From NCBI GenBank assembly GCA_937894465.1, contig CALCRE010000079.1, positions 1 through 58,597 on the forward strand: a stretch of 58,597 nucleotides of DNA, in the 5' to 3' direction. The notes beneath the pieces are model-generated. The model was not told where the DNA came from. It saw only the letters and a program-made list of their open reading frames with translations, and did not search any database. Below, one piece after another: positions 16,713 to 26,592 of the stretch (its first letter is position 1; each line of letters begins with the position of its first letter). This DNA is from an uncultured Clostridia bacterium. Lineage in GTDB: Bacteria; Bacillota; Clostridia; JAAYHZ01. A program made the translations under genes and the position numbers.

Positions 16713-18692
16713 ATGGAACAAGTCGGTTATCTTATACTGTACATGCTTGCTTTCGCCATGCTTTATATTTTAATGCCCAAGATTTTGTTTTCCGGAACCG
16801 GTGAAACCGGACATGTCAGTTTCTTTTCAAACTTTATCCGGATGAATCTTTTTGTTATAACTGTGGTTTATATATTGGCATTTTTTAAGCTTTATGAATT
16901 GGTCGCAGTTATATTTGTATTTGTATTGGTGATGATCCGGAACAAACGAAGGGTTCAAAAGCTAAAAAACCGGGATATCTCTTTTCCGGATGAAATCTAT
17001 TATTGGATTTATGATTATACGGATGGATTAATCCATTTACCCGGTTTAATCAAATCCAAGATAAAAAATCGATGGAGCATTTTCAAAAAGAAACTCACAT
17101 CTTTCAATAAGTGGGACTATTTGCATTATGGTAACGTTTTGTTTATATTTACATATGCCGCCGTGATGCGATTTACCGATGTATTTATCAATGCTGCTCC
17201 GGCTATGTCCGATGCATACGTTACATTGGCATGGATCAAGTACATCGGAAGCAACCAATTGTTTTATGACGGGATATATCCTAACGGTTTTCATATCTAT
17301 ATGTCTCTAATGCAAAAAGTCACTTCATTAGACCCCATGCACATATTAAAGTTTTCCGGACCGGTTACAAGTATGTTGATCTTATATACCATATATTTTT
17401 TCGTATCCAAAATGCTAAACAGCAAACCGGCAGGATTGGTGTCTGCGACAGTATATGGTCTTTTCGGGGAGTTTTTGACGGCTGATGTTCAACGGCAGGT
17501 TGCCACCAATGCACAAGAATTTGGATTTTTATTCATACTCCCTTGTTTGTTCTTTACATACCGATATCTTTTATCCGGTAAAAAAAGAGACTTGGTGATA
17601 GCAGGGACGGCTTTGGCTGTATCCGGATTGGTTCATTCATTGTCTTTTGTGTATGCGGCAGTGTGGATCGTTGTGGTTTATGTCGGTTTTCTTCTTGTAG
17701 ATCCGAAAAACACCATAAAAAAATTCACATCGATATTGATTACCGGATTGAGCGCCTCGGTCATTATGTTGATACCCATTCTCATGGGGTTGCTATTTGG
17801 AAAACCATTCCACGGTGCTTCCTTGGAGTTTGCAGTAAAAAGAGGCGAAGGGACCTTACCATATATCACATTAGCAGATTATTTTGTATTTGTATCTCTT
17901 GGAGTGGCTTTTTTGTACATCATTGTTCACCGGATGAGAAATAAAAAGAAGGATGGAATCAATTCGACAGTAACGATTTGTTTGTTTTTAATTGGTGCTA
18001 CAACAGTATGTATATACTTTTTCGGCGGTTATATCACAAAAAGCATGGTGTTGGCCTCTCGTACCGGTGATATTTATGCAATGATCACCGCAATAATCAC
18101 CGGTTTGGGTTTTTACTGTTTTATGTCCTTGTGCTTTGATTCGCTAAAAAAGACCGGTTGGAAAATTGCAACGACGTTAGGTTTGGCCGGTACTGTGGTA
18201 ATGACGCTGATTGTGGCCCCCGGACCGATTATTCCTTACAAGATGGAATACAACAGTTTTATAGAGCAATATTTTAGAATCAGCAAAGAAGTACGAGATA
18301 CTGAATGGCTCATGGTATCCCAAGAGGAAGGATATGCCACTTGTATGGGGACCGGTTGGCATTTGATGACCGGGGACTTTTTAGAATTGGCAGATCCAAA
18401 AGTACCGTTTGCTGCAAAAGAAGCATCCGGCGGTAGGATCGATGTGCCGCATTTGTTTATCTATATCGAAGAAGAGCCTTTCGAGACTTACAGCAAAATG
18501 AGGGAATTAAAAGAAGCTTACCAACGAAGATTGAAAGAAAGTGACTTACTAAAGAAATGGGTGGAGGAATATCAAAGGGAAAACTCAGATGCGGAAATTT
18601 TCTACCAAGATCCGTATTTGACTGTAATTCGGATCTACCGACCTGAAATAGGTGATCATTTCTCCGAGAAAGTGATAGGGCCGAAAGAATGA
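16713..18692 (+). CDS. Polytopic GT-C-like membrane glycosyltransferase (paralog 1)
   Basis: Multi-TM; first outer loop SDAYVTLAW..YI...DGIYP.G; soluble C-terminal domain. Confidence 0.6.
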   Translation: MEQVGYLILYMLAFAMLYILMPKILFSGTGETGHVSFFSNFIRMNLFVITVVYILAFFKLYELVAVIFVFVLVMIRNKRRVQKLKNRDISFPDEIYYWIYDYTDGLIHLPGLIKSKIKNRWSIFKKKLTSFNKWDYLHYGNVLFIFTYAAVMRFTDVFINAAPAMSDAYVTLAWIKYIGSNQLFYDGIYPNGFHIYMSLMQKVTSLDPMHILKFSGPVTSMLILYTIYFFVSKMLNSKPAGLVSATVYGLFGEFLTADVQRQVATNAQEFGFLFILPCLFFTYRYLLSGKKRDLVIAGTALAVSGLVHSLSFVYAAVWIVVVYVGFLLVDPKNTIKKFTSILITGLSASVIMLIPILMGLLFGKPFHGASLEFAVKRGEGTLPYITLADYFVFVSLGVAFLYIIVHRMRNKKKDGINSTVTICLFLIGATTVCIYFFGGYITKSMVLASRTGDIYAMITAIITGLGFYCFMSLCFDSLKKTGWKIATTLGLAGTVVMTLIVAPGPIIPYKMEYNSFIEQYFRISKEVRDTEWLMVSQEEGYATCMGTGWHLMTGDFLELADPKVPFAAKEASGGRIDVPHLFIYIEEEPFETYSKMRELKEAYQRRLKESDLLKKWVEEYQRENSDAEIFYQDPYLTVIRIYRPEIGDHFSEKVIGPKE

Positions 18693-19426
18693 ACAGTAGA
18701 CTGGAAAAAAAGAATGAGCATGAACGCAGTGAGGTTTTGTTAATCATACCTGCATTTAATGAGAGTGGTAATCTACCTACATTATTGAGTAAGCTGAAAA
18801 ATGAAGCACCGAATAAAGATGTGGTGGTGATCAATGATTGCTCTTCTGACAATACATCCGAAATAGTAAAGGAATATGGAGCTAAGGTAGTGGATTTACC
18901 TATTAACTTGGGGATTGGAGGAGCAGTCCAAACCGGGTTTAAGTATGCTGTGGATTTCGGGTATCAGATTGCAGTTCAAGTGGACGGGGACGGACAGCAT
19001 AATCCGGTTTATATTGATGCTCTTGTGGAAAAGGTGGAGCAAGGCTACAACATGTGCATCGGCTCGCGATTTATAGACAACAACGGCTTTCAGTCATCAG
19101 GAATACGAAGAATGGGAATCCGGTTCTATCAATATTTGTTACACCTTCTAACCGGTCAGGATTTCACCGACCCCACTTCGGGATTTCGTGCATTTGACCA
19201 CAATGCGATTAAACTTTTCGCAGAGCATTACCCGGCGGATTATGCCGAACCGGAATCTATTATTATGTTAACTAAAAGAAAGATGAAGGTTTGTGAGATA
19301 CCGGTAATCATGAATAAAAGAATAGCCGGGAAGTCTTCGATTAATGCGATGAAATCGATTTATTATATCATTAAAGTGACGATTGCTATATGTATTTCGG
19401 CTATTAGCAGCAGGAGAGAAAAATAA
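18689..19426 (+). CDS. GT2 polyprenol-phosphate glycosyltransferase (DPM1/GacI-like)
   Basis: IIPAFNE, NDCSSD, NLGIGGAVQTG, QVDGDGQH, GSRF, DPTSGFRA. Confidence 0.9.
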   Translation: MNSRLEKKNEHERSEVLLIIPAFNESGNLPTLLSKLKNEAPNKDVVVINDCSSDNTSEIVKEYGAKVVDLPINLGIGGAVQTGFKYAVDFGYQIAVQVDGDGQHNPVYIDALVEKVEQGYNMCIGSRFIDNNGFQSSGIRRMGIRFYQYLLHLLTGQDFTDPTSGFRAFDHNAIKLFAEHYPADYAEPESIIMLTKRKMKVCEIPVIMNKRIAGKSSINAMKSIYYIIKVTIAICISAISSRREK

Positions 19427-19427
19427 A

Positions 19428-19820
19428 GTGGAAACAAATTTACAAATTATATTGATTGTGGGAACATTGGGGCTTATTGTTTTTATCGTTAATAAGGTAC
19501 GAAAAAGGGCTTTGGAACTGCGGTATACGTTGTTGTGGTTGTTTGCGAGCGGAGTTCTATTCTTATTGGCGTGTTTTCCCGGTATTGTAGATGCTCTGTC
19601 CGGACTCTTACATATACAAGAATCAGTGAATACCATATTCTTGCTGACCATCTTCTTCATGATTCTGATCATACTTTCTTTGACAAGTGCTCTTTCTAAA
19701 AAAACCGGGAGTATCAATACATTAACCCAAGAAGTAGGATTGCTGAAGTTGGAGATCAAAAACCTCTTGCTGAAACAAAAGGAATCCGATGAAGATGATC
19801 AAACACAGGAAGTAAGTTGA
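19428..19820 (+). CDS. DUF2304 family membrane protein (GacJ-like)
   Basis: GTG start at 19428; three TM helices; LRYTLLW and LTQEVGLL; directly after the GT2 gene. Confidence 0.8.
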   Translation: METNLQIILIVGTLGLIVFIVNKVRKRALELRYTLLWLFASGVLFLLACFPGIVDALSGLLHIQESVNTIFLLTIFFMILIILSLTSALSKKTGSINTLTQEVGLLKLEIKNLLLKQKESDEDDQTQEVS

Positions 19821-19865
19821 TTTTTGTAAAGATGACATTGATCATGAAAGGACGGTGAAGAAAAG

Positions 19866-21890
19866 ATGTCAATATATTTAAGCGCAATCGGTTTATTATT
19901 AAAGGTAACACTGGTATTCATCTTTTTATACGCTTTCATACCCTCAAAGATAATGAAAAAGGAATATACTTCGCATCAATATGATTTATTCGATAAGTTA
20001 TTTGTCTCCTTGGTGCATTCGAACTTAGTCGTTATAGGTCTTGTTCATTTACTGGTTCTGATGGATATTTATGAACCCATCTCTTTGATTATCAGCCTTT
20101 TGGTGATCACCGTGGTGTACAAAGCTTACTCGGCAGGAATTAAAGGTAGTGACTGGGTCACATCCGGTAGGAAATTGGTAAGCAAAGTATTTGATTGGAT
20201 AGAAAGTGACCGAGGATTCATTGGTACCATACTTGACAAAATATCCGCTAAGTTCAAATCGAAAGGTCAATCTTTAACAAATTCTTTAAGAACTTTTTTT
20301 AAAAATCCGTTACCTTGGATTGTGATGGGCACTGTCTTTTTCATAGGATTAACGATTCGATTCAATCATTCTGTAAGATATGCATACTATGGCGCAAGTG
20401 ACCCTTATGTCCACTTGGCTTGGACAAAATATATCGGTATGAATGATTTGTATGTGGACGGTGTATACCCTCTTGGATACAACGCTTTAATTTCTGCGTT
20501 AAACAAATTGTTTTTCATTGACCCTTATGTGATCATCCGCTTTATAGGAGCCATCGGCAGTGGGCTTATACTGCTATCCATTTTGTATGGTGCTAAAAAG
20601 ATCAAGAAGGATCTGTTTATACCGGCAATTGTGGGATTGGCTTTCTATGTGTTATTCCTTAACGGATCTTCTTCGGAATGGAGACAGTTATCTGCACTGC
20701 CCCAGGAATATGCAGCTGCATTTCTCATTCCCGGAATGGTGTTTTTAAACAAATATTTTAACGAAAAGAAAAGGAGCTATTTTATTCTTGCCGTCGAAAC
20801 TTTTTGCTTGATTCTTTTGATCCACTTGTATTCTGCTTTGGTTTTGGCTCTTGCATATATCGTTATTTGTTTGTTTCATATAAAGGACTTTTTTAAAATC
20901 CGATTTCTCAGTGAATTTGCAACCTATATGTTCGGAGCAGCTTTTTTAGGGTTGCTGCCATTGACCTTCGGGCTTTTATCAGGGATCGGGCTACATGAAC
21001 CATCTTTCCAATTCGTCAAGGATAGTGCTTCTGTAGTCGGTCAGGAACAGGTTGAATTTCACCTTCTTACATACAAAGAGGAAAACCCTGCTTTTCTATG
21101 GCTGATCGTCTCTTCCGTTGTTTTGTTTGTATTGTCTTTTGTTTATGCCGTCCGCAAGAAGAATTGGATTGGCCCGGTTTCAGCAATACTAACCATCTTT
21201 TTCTATTTGCAATATCGTTCGGAGGAAACGGGTTTCCCACAAATTATGGATAAGTCCAGAACAGAAGTGTTTTTGGGAATCTTTGCAGCTTTGACCATAT
21301 CTTTGTTGGCCGTCTTGTTGATGAGTATTAAATTCAAGTGGTTGAAGACTGTGCTGACAGCAATGTTCGTTACAGCGACATTAGTGATCATTCTCAATGC
21401 GGCTCCCGGAACCATGCCGAAAGGGGATCGGTATGAATACAATGAGGTTGCCCAAGCATATATGGACATCAAAAAGGATTATCCTGTCTTGAACTGGACC
21501 ATCGTTTCGCCGGTAGAGCAATATTCTGAATCTCTAGGATACGGATGGCATTATCAGTTGTGGCAATATGTCATGGATGTGACGGAGGACAATAAGACCG
21601 ACTTGGAAATTCCCACCGAGTATGTTTTTTGGTTTGTAGAAAAAGTGCCTTTGAATTCCGGTCAACCGGTTTCTATGGAAGATGCTCAACTGGATTTTCC
21701 GGTGATCACCGGAAACTTGGATGAATACTACACGAAAACTCAAAACCGAAGAATCATACAAGCTAAAGCTTTTTACTATATGGAAGAACAGCTGGAGACG
21801 AACCCGAATTTAAGAATTTATGCAGACACCGAGAATGTAAGAATCTATATGTTGCAACAGGAACAATATAAATCTTACAGTGGTAGCTAG
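19866..21890 (+). CDS. Polytopic GT-C-like membrane glycosyltransferase (paralog 2)
   Basis: SDPYVHLAWTKYI...DGVYPLG and RQ..ALPQE motifs, homologous to 16713-18692. Confidence 0.6.
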   Translation: MSIYLSAIGLLLKVTLVFIFLYAFIPSKIMKKEYTSHQYDLFDKLFVSLVHSNLVVIGLVHLLVLMDIYEPISLIISLLVITVVYKAYSAGIKGSDWVTSGRKLVSKVFDWIESDRGFIGTILDKISAKFKSKGQSLTNSLRTFFKNPLPWIVMGTVFFIGLTIRFNHSVRYAYYGASDPYVHLAWTKYIGMNDLYVDGVYPLGYNALISALNKLFFIDPYVIIRFIGAIGSGLILLSILYGAKKIKKDLFIPAIVGLAFYVLFLNGSSSEWRQLSALPQEYAAAFLIPGMVFLNKYFNEKKRSYFILAVETFCLILLIHLYSALVLALAYIVICLFHIKDFFKIRFLSEFATYMFGAAFLGLLPLTFGLLSGIGLHEPSFQFVKDSASVVGQEQVEFHLLTYKEENPAFLWLIVSSVVLFVLSFVYAVRKKNWIGPVSAILTIFFYLQYRSEETGFPQIMDKSRTEVFLGIFAALTISLLAVLLMSIKFKWLKTVLTAMFVTATLVIILNAAPGTMPKGDRYEYNEVAQAYMDIKKDYPVLNWTIVSPVEQYSESLGYGWHYQLWQYVMDVTEDNKTDLEIPTEYVFWFVEKVPLNSGQPVSMEDAQLDFPVITGNLDEYYTKTQNRRIIQAKAFYYMEEQLETNPNLRIYADTENVRIYMLQQEQYKSYSGS

Positions 21891-21918
21891 TAAGCATTGC
21901 TCCATGAAAGGATGATAT

Positions 21919-23112
21919 GTGGGAACAATTTTAGTGACAAATGCACAACAAAGAAAATCGTTATCCTTTACCCGTTCATTAGGTGAAAAAGGTTATGATA
22001 TTTTTTGCTGTGATACAACAGCGTGTAATCCTGCTCGTTTTTCAAAATATTGCAAAGGATTTTTTAAGCAATCCCCAAAGGAATCATTATTAACTTTTCT
22101 AACGGAATTGGTACAAAAAAAGTCTGTCGATGTATTAGCTCCTATGGATGAGGATTGTATGGAAGTAGTACTACATAACAAGGAGATGTTTTCAAAATAT
22201 TGTTCCTTTGCATTACCCTCGATTGAAAGTTACGAGGCTGCCCTTTATAAGGACAATGCAGTCCGCTTGGCACAAAAAGCCGGTGTCATATGCCCTAAAA
22301 CCGTTATTACATCAAAATTATACAATGAGTCAATTGATGAAGCAACGTTTCGCCGGTTGTTGGAGCAAAAAGCCGGTGAAATTGGATATCCTGTTGTGAT
22401 CAAACCGGTTCGAAGCTCCGGATCCCGGGGAATTGCTATAGTGGATAGCCCGGAATTGTTTTACGATACCTTTGTGAAAGTGCATGAACAATACCCCTTT
22501 CCTTTGTTGCAATCCTTTATCAAAGCAAAGGATAAATATGATGTATGTTTGATATATAATAAAAAGGGCGAGTGTAAAGCCGGTTTTGTTCAAAAAGAAA
22601 TTCGCAATTATCCTGAAGAAATAGGGCCAAGTACCGTTCAGCAAAGTTTTCATCGACCGGATATTTTGCAGGAGGCCTTAAAAATAATGAACTTTATTCC
22701 TTGGACCGGTGTGGTGGAGTTGGAATTTTTAGTAGACGATGAAGAAAAAAACATTGTGTTTATGGAGATTAACCCCAGATTTTGGGCTTCGGTGGAAACT
22801 GCTGTGTTATCCGGTGTAGACTTTCCTTGGCTGTACACTGAAGTTGCAAGAACCGGAGATTGTCCCTTGGTTGAGGAATACGTCGTCGGTAAAACGGTTC
22901 GTTGGTTTTGGCCCGGAGACTTGTTGTATTATCTTACTGCCAAGAATAAGAAAAATCAGATCCCCGGTTTTTTTGCCGGTAAACGAAAAGGAGTTACAGA
23001 CGATATCTACCGATCTGGCGATCCCTTACCGGTCATGGGTGTTTGGTTACAAAGCATATACACTATTGTTCGAAAGGAGAGGCGTGATTTTGTATTATGT
23101 AGAACGCCGTGA
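21919..23112 (+). CDS. ATP-grasp domain protein (carboxylate-amine ligase type)
   Basis: GYPVVIKP..SSGSRG, LLQSFI, MEINPRFW. Confidence 0.85.
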   Translation: MGTILVTNAQQRKSLSFTRSLGEKGYDIFCCDTTACNPARFSKYCKGFFKQSPKESLLTFLTELVQKKSVDVLAPMDEDCMEVVLHNKEMFSKYCSFALPSIESYEAALYKDNAVRLAQKAGVICPKTVITSKLYNESIDEATFRRLLEQKAGEIGYPVVIKPVRSSGSRGIAIVDSPELFYDTFVKVHEQYPFPLLQSFIKAKDKYDVCLIYNKKGECKAGFVQKEIRNYPEEIGPSTVQQSFHRPDILQEALKIMNFIPWTGVVELEFLVDDEEKNIVFMEINPRFWASVETAVLSGVDFPWLYTEVARTGDCPLVEEYVVGKTVRWFWPGDLLYYLTAKNKKNQIPGFFAGKRKGVTDDIYRSGDPLPVMGVWLQSIYTIVRKERRDFVLCRTP

Positions 23113-24005
23113 TCGTTGTGGAAAATGTAGATGGGATATATAAAAACGTATTTACGGTTGATGTAGAGGACTGGTATCATTCAACGGACTTGAAAATTGA
23201 CTGTAAGAATTGGAATGGATGTGATTCTCGCATTGAAGATAGCACTTATAAAATTCTTGATCTTCTGGAAGTAGCAAATATAAAGGGTGTTTTTTATGTA
23301 TTGTCGGATATTGCTTTACAACGCCCGAACCTTGTAAGAAGAATACGGCAAGCCGGGCATGAGCTTGGATCCCATGGATGTACTCACCGATTGGTATCTG
23401 ACATGACACAAAAACAATTTTCACTGGATATTCAGAAGTCTCGAAATATTCTCGAGGATATAACGGGGGAGAAACTAATCTATTATAGAGCACCGGTATG
23501 GTCGATTTCCCAAAAAAATTGCTGGGCATTGGAATTGTTGGATCATGAAGGGTTTTTATGTGATTCAAGTATGCAACCGATCAAAACACCATTATCCGGT
23601 GACCGGCGATGTCCTTTAAAACCTTTCCGGCCTATTATTAACGGTAAACGCTTGTCAATCGTTGAGTTTCCTTCTACTGTATTGACGCGTGGGCCCTTGC
23701 GTTTGCCTTTTGCCGGAGGATTGTTTTTAAGAATGATGCCAAAAGGTGCTATTTCAAAAGCTTTGCACCTAGTTAATAAAGTACAACCGGGGATGGTGTA
23801 TGTGCATCCCTGGGAGATTGACATCGACCAACCTAGAGTGTGCAAGCCTTTTTACACGGCGATCACTCATTATGGGAATTTAAGATCCACCCTACCTAAA
23901 TTGAAAATACTGTTGGAGAATTATCAGTTTATAACAATGAAGGAGTTTCTTGAAACCGGGGTTTTTCCGGAACATACAATAAGGTATGAAGAACAAGGAA
24001 AATAG
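23109..24005 (+). CDS. CE4 polysaccharide deacetylase (DUF3473/XrtA-system-like)
   Basis: FTVDVEDWY, HELGSHG..H, YRAP, GGLFLR, YVHPWEID. Confidence 0.85.
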   Translation: MIVVENVDGIYKNVFTVDVEDWYHSTDLKIDCKNWNGCDSRIEDSTYKILDLLEVANIKGVFYVLSDIALQRPNLVRRIRQAGHELGSHGCTHRLVSDMTQKQFSLDIQKSRNILEDITGEKLIYYRAPVWSISQKNCWALELLDHEGFLCDSSMQPIKTPLSGDRRCPLKPFRPIINGKRLSIVEFPSTVLTRGPLRLPFAGGLFLRMMPKGAISKALHLVNKVQPGMVYVHPWEIDIDQPRVCKPFYTAITHYGNLRSTLPKLKILLENYQFITMKEFLETGVFPEHTIRYEEQGK

Positions 24006-24007
24006 AT

Positions 24008-25618
24008 ATGGGAAGTAAAGAGTTTAAAGGATCCGAGGAAAAAAAAGGTGCATACACTATACCGGTACTTGCGGTAGTCAACTTGGTGTTAGCCGGTGTG
24101 GCTTTGATCAAGGATATGGTCTTAGCCTCCTTTATGGGTACCACCTCCTCTGCAGATGCATTTATGCTTGCTTTCTATATTCCGGATATTATCGGGAATA
24201 CTTTGTTGGCAGCGTCTGTAGGCATTGCCTGTATACCGGTTTTTACAAATGCATCGATAAAAGAAGAGAAAAGGCAATCCTCTCTCGGAGAAACTCAAAC
24301 GAATTTAAGCCAAACGGTGGCAAATATCTTCCATACCGTTTTATGGGGTTGTTTGATCCTTGTTGTACTGTTCCTTGTTTTTCGTGACAAAATTATTTAT
24401 TTGTTGGGAAGTGGGTTGGAGGATTCCATGAGAAAAACCGCGGAACGTCTTTTTACTGTCATGCTCCCGGTAGTCGTTCTCTATTCTTTGGTCACAGTGG
24501 GATCATCGGTATGTCATGTAAAAAAACGCTTTCTTTTCCCGTCATTGGCTCCTGTGGTCTTTAACCTGACTTACTTACTAGGCATTTTATGTTCAAAACA
24601 ATTTCTCAACACAGAAAAAGCTCTATATGGAATTGCTTTTTCTGTAAGTGTAGGAGTTGTTTTTATGATGGTTGTCGTATGGAGCGATGTATTGAAGAAC
24701 AAACTTGTAAAACCTAAAGTTCCTTTTGTTGCTGATTTGGAGTCTGTAAGATCTTTTATGACTACATTGCTTCCGTACTTACTCATTATAATGATTTATC
24801 AAAGCGTGGGATATATTGAAAGGAGCATTGCATCGGTTATTGGTACCGGTAATATTTCAGGATTGAACTATGCTTATCGAACCTCACAGCTTCCGGTTTG
24901 GGTTTTTGCCGCTGCTATTGGAACGGTATCTTTTCCGACGGTTACCCGCTTGGCAGAGGAGTCAAAAGAGGCATTCAAAGCATCGGTGACCCGCTATATC
25001 CGGAGTATCTTCTTGATTGTGTTACCTCTTTCCGTCATCATCAACATTTTAAGAGAATCGATTGTCAGCATACTATTTAGCCGCGGTAACTTTGACAGTT
25101 TATCAGTAGGTATCACCACCGAAATTTTAGCCGGATATTCCCTTGCGATTTTAGGTCAAAGCTTGTTTTTGGTAGGATTGCGATTCTTTATCGTTGTAAA
25201 GAATTTAAAGGTTCCGTTTTTCATTGTGCTGTTCAGTACAGTAGTGAATATAGCGACGGATCTTTTGCTGAAGGACTCTTTTGGTGTTGCGGCATTAGGT
25301 TATGGTGCAGCTGTTGGAGGGTTCTGCAACGGTTTGTTGATGATTGTATTATTGGATAAAAAGATAGGGCTAGGCTTAAAAAAGGAATGGAAGCACCTTG
25401 TTAAGATCATTGTGGCGTGCGTATCAACTGGTGTTATGGCCTTTTTATTTCGCTCTGTGTGGAATAACGGTGTGTCTGATGGAATATGGATGAAGAAATT
25501 GGTGTATGTCGCCGTAGTGATATTCGCCTGTGTCATCGCCTATCTGATACCTTTGTATATACTTGGTTTGAATAACTTATGGTCAGACAAGAAAGGGCAA
25601 TTCACGAACATGAGGTAA
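24008..25618 (+). CDS. MurJ/MviN-like MOP flippase
   Basis: ADAFMLAFYIPD, SGLNYAYRT.QLP, LFSRGNFD; about 14 TM helices. Confidence 0.85.
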   Translation: MGSKEFKGSEEKKGAYTIPVLAVVNLVLAGVALIKDMVLASFMGTTSSADAFMLAFYIPDIIGNTLLAASVGIACIPVFTNASIKEEKRQSSLGETQTNLSQTVANIFHTVLWGCLILVVLFLVFRDKIIYLLGSGLEDSMRKTAERLFTVMLPVVVLYSLVTVGSSVCHVKKRFLFPSLAPVVFNLTYLLGILCSKQFLNTEKALYGIAFSVSVGVVFMMVVVWSDVLKNKLVKPKVPFVADLESVRSFMTTLLPYLLIIMIYQSVGYIERSIASVIGTGNISGLNYAYRTSQLPVWVFAAAIGTVSFPTVTRLAEESKEAFKASVTRYIRSIFLIVLPLSVIINILRESIVSILFSRGNFDSLSVGITTEILAGYSLAILGQSLFLVGLRFFIVVKNLKVPFFIVLFSTVVNIATDLLLKDSFGVAALGYGAAVGGFCNGLLMIVLLDKKIGLGLKKEWKHLVKIIVACVSTGVMAFLFRSVWNNGVSDGIWMKKLVYVAVVIFACVIAYLIPLYILGLNNLWSDKKGQFTNMR

Positions 25619-25623
25619 TCATT

Positions 25624-26592
25624 ATGCTTGAAAAGTTCAAAGAATTATCAAAGGAAGATAGAAAGGAATGGGTAATCCTTCAACTGTTCATATGGTGTAG
25701 TTGGGGCATTATTGTGTTGATGCAAGCCTTCTTTGCACAAACGAGAGTTGAATGCGTTCTATATGGATTTTTAGGTGTTTTACCTTGGATGGTTGGTGTT
25801 TGGCAGTTCGGTAAAATTGACGGGTTCGTTTTTGTTGGATTAACCTTCTGCAGTGGAATCCTTCTAAGTATTCGTCTTCCCGGGTCATGGCCCATCGCAG
25901 GTTTAGCCGCAATTTATTATTTGTTTACATCTGTTTATATAACGCTGAAAGTTGACATCATAAAAGAAAATATTTACTTTGATCACAATGTACAGAAGCA
26001 AAATGAGGATTTAACGAAAGAAAACCTCATGGAGAAAAGTGAATTGCTCCACACCTTGTTAAGAGCAATTGATGCGAAAGACTCCTATACCTACCTTCAT
26101 TCTACCAGGGTTTCTCATTATGCTGCATCTATTGCAAAATACATGAAATTAGGGACGAAAGAAGTAGAGGATATTTCCATATCCGGAATGTTGCATGACA
26201 TTGGAAAAATAGGGGTGAAAGAAAGCATTTTAAATAAAACAACCAAACTGGATGAGCCTGAAATGAAAGAAATCTTAAAACACCCTGCAATTGGAGCACA
26301 CATTGCCGGTAATTTGGAATATTTGTCCTGTGTTTTACCGGGTATTCATTATCACCATGAGAGATATGATGGAACCGGGTACCCGGAAGGCTTAAAAGGT
26401 GATGATATTCCTCTTCAAGCAAGAATTCTTGCGGTTGCCGATGCCTTTGATGCCATGACGTCCAAGAGAACCTACAGAACCGGCATGACTTTTAATGTTG
26501 CTATAAAAGAGCTTGTTAGAAACATCGGTATACAATTTGATCCGAAAGCCGTACTGGCTTTGGTGGAGTTGGTAAAAAACAAATCAGTATAA
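25624..26592 (+). CDS. Membrane-bound HD-GYP c-di-GMP phosphodiesterase (intact motifs)
   Basis: Four TM helices; DSYTYLHS, MLHDIGK, HHERYDGTGYP, VADAFDAMT..RTYR. Confidence 0.9.
   Translation: MLEKFKELSKEDRKEWVILQLFIWCSWGIIVLMQAFFAQTRVECVLYGFLGVLPWMVGVWQFGKIDGFVFVGLTFCSGILLSIRLPGSWPIAGLAAIYYLFTSVYITLKVDIIKENIYFDHNVQKQNEDLTKENLMEKSELLHTLLRAIDAKDSYTYLHSTRVSHYAASIAKYMKLGTKEVEDISISGMLHDIGKIGVKESILNKTTKLDEPEMKEILKHPAIGAHIAGNLEYLSCVLPGIHYHHERYDGTGYPEGLKGDDIPLQARILAVADAFDAMTSKRTYRTGMTFNVAIKELVRNIGIQFDPKAVLALVELVKNKSV

Noticed and set aside
24008-25618. Housekeeping peptidoglycan murJ
   Set aside because: Embedded in a glycan-decoration operon, so the substrate cannot be assumed to be lipid II; no gene symbol given.
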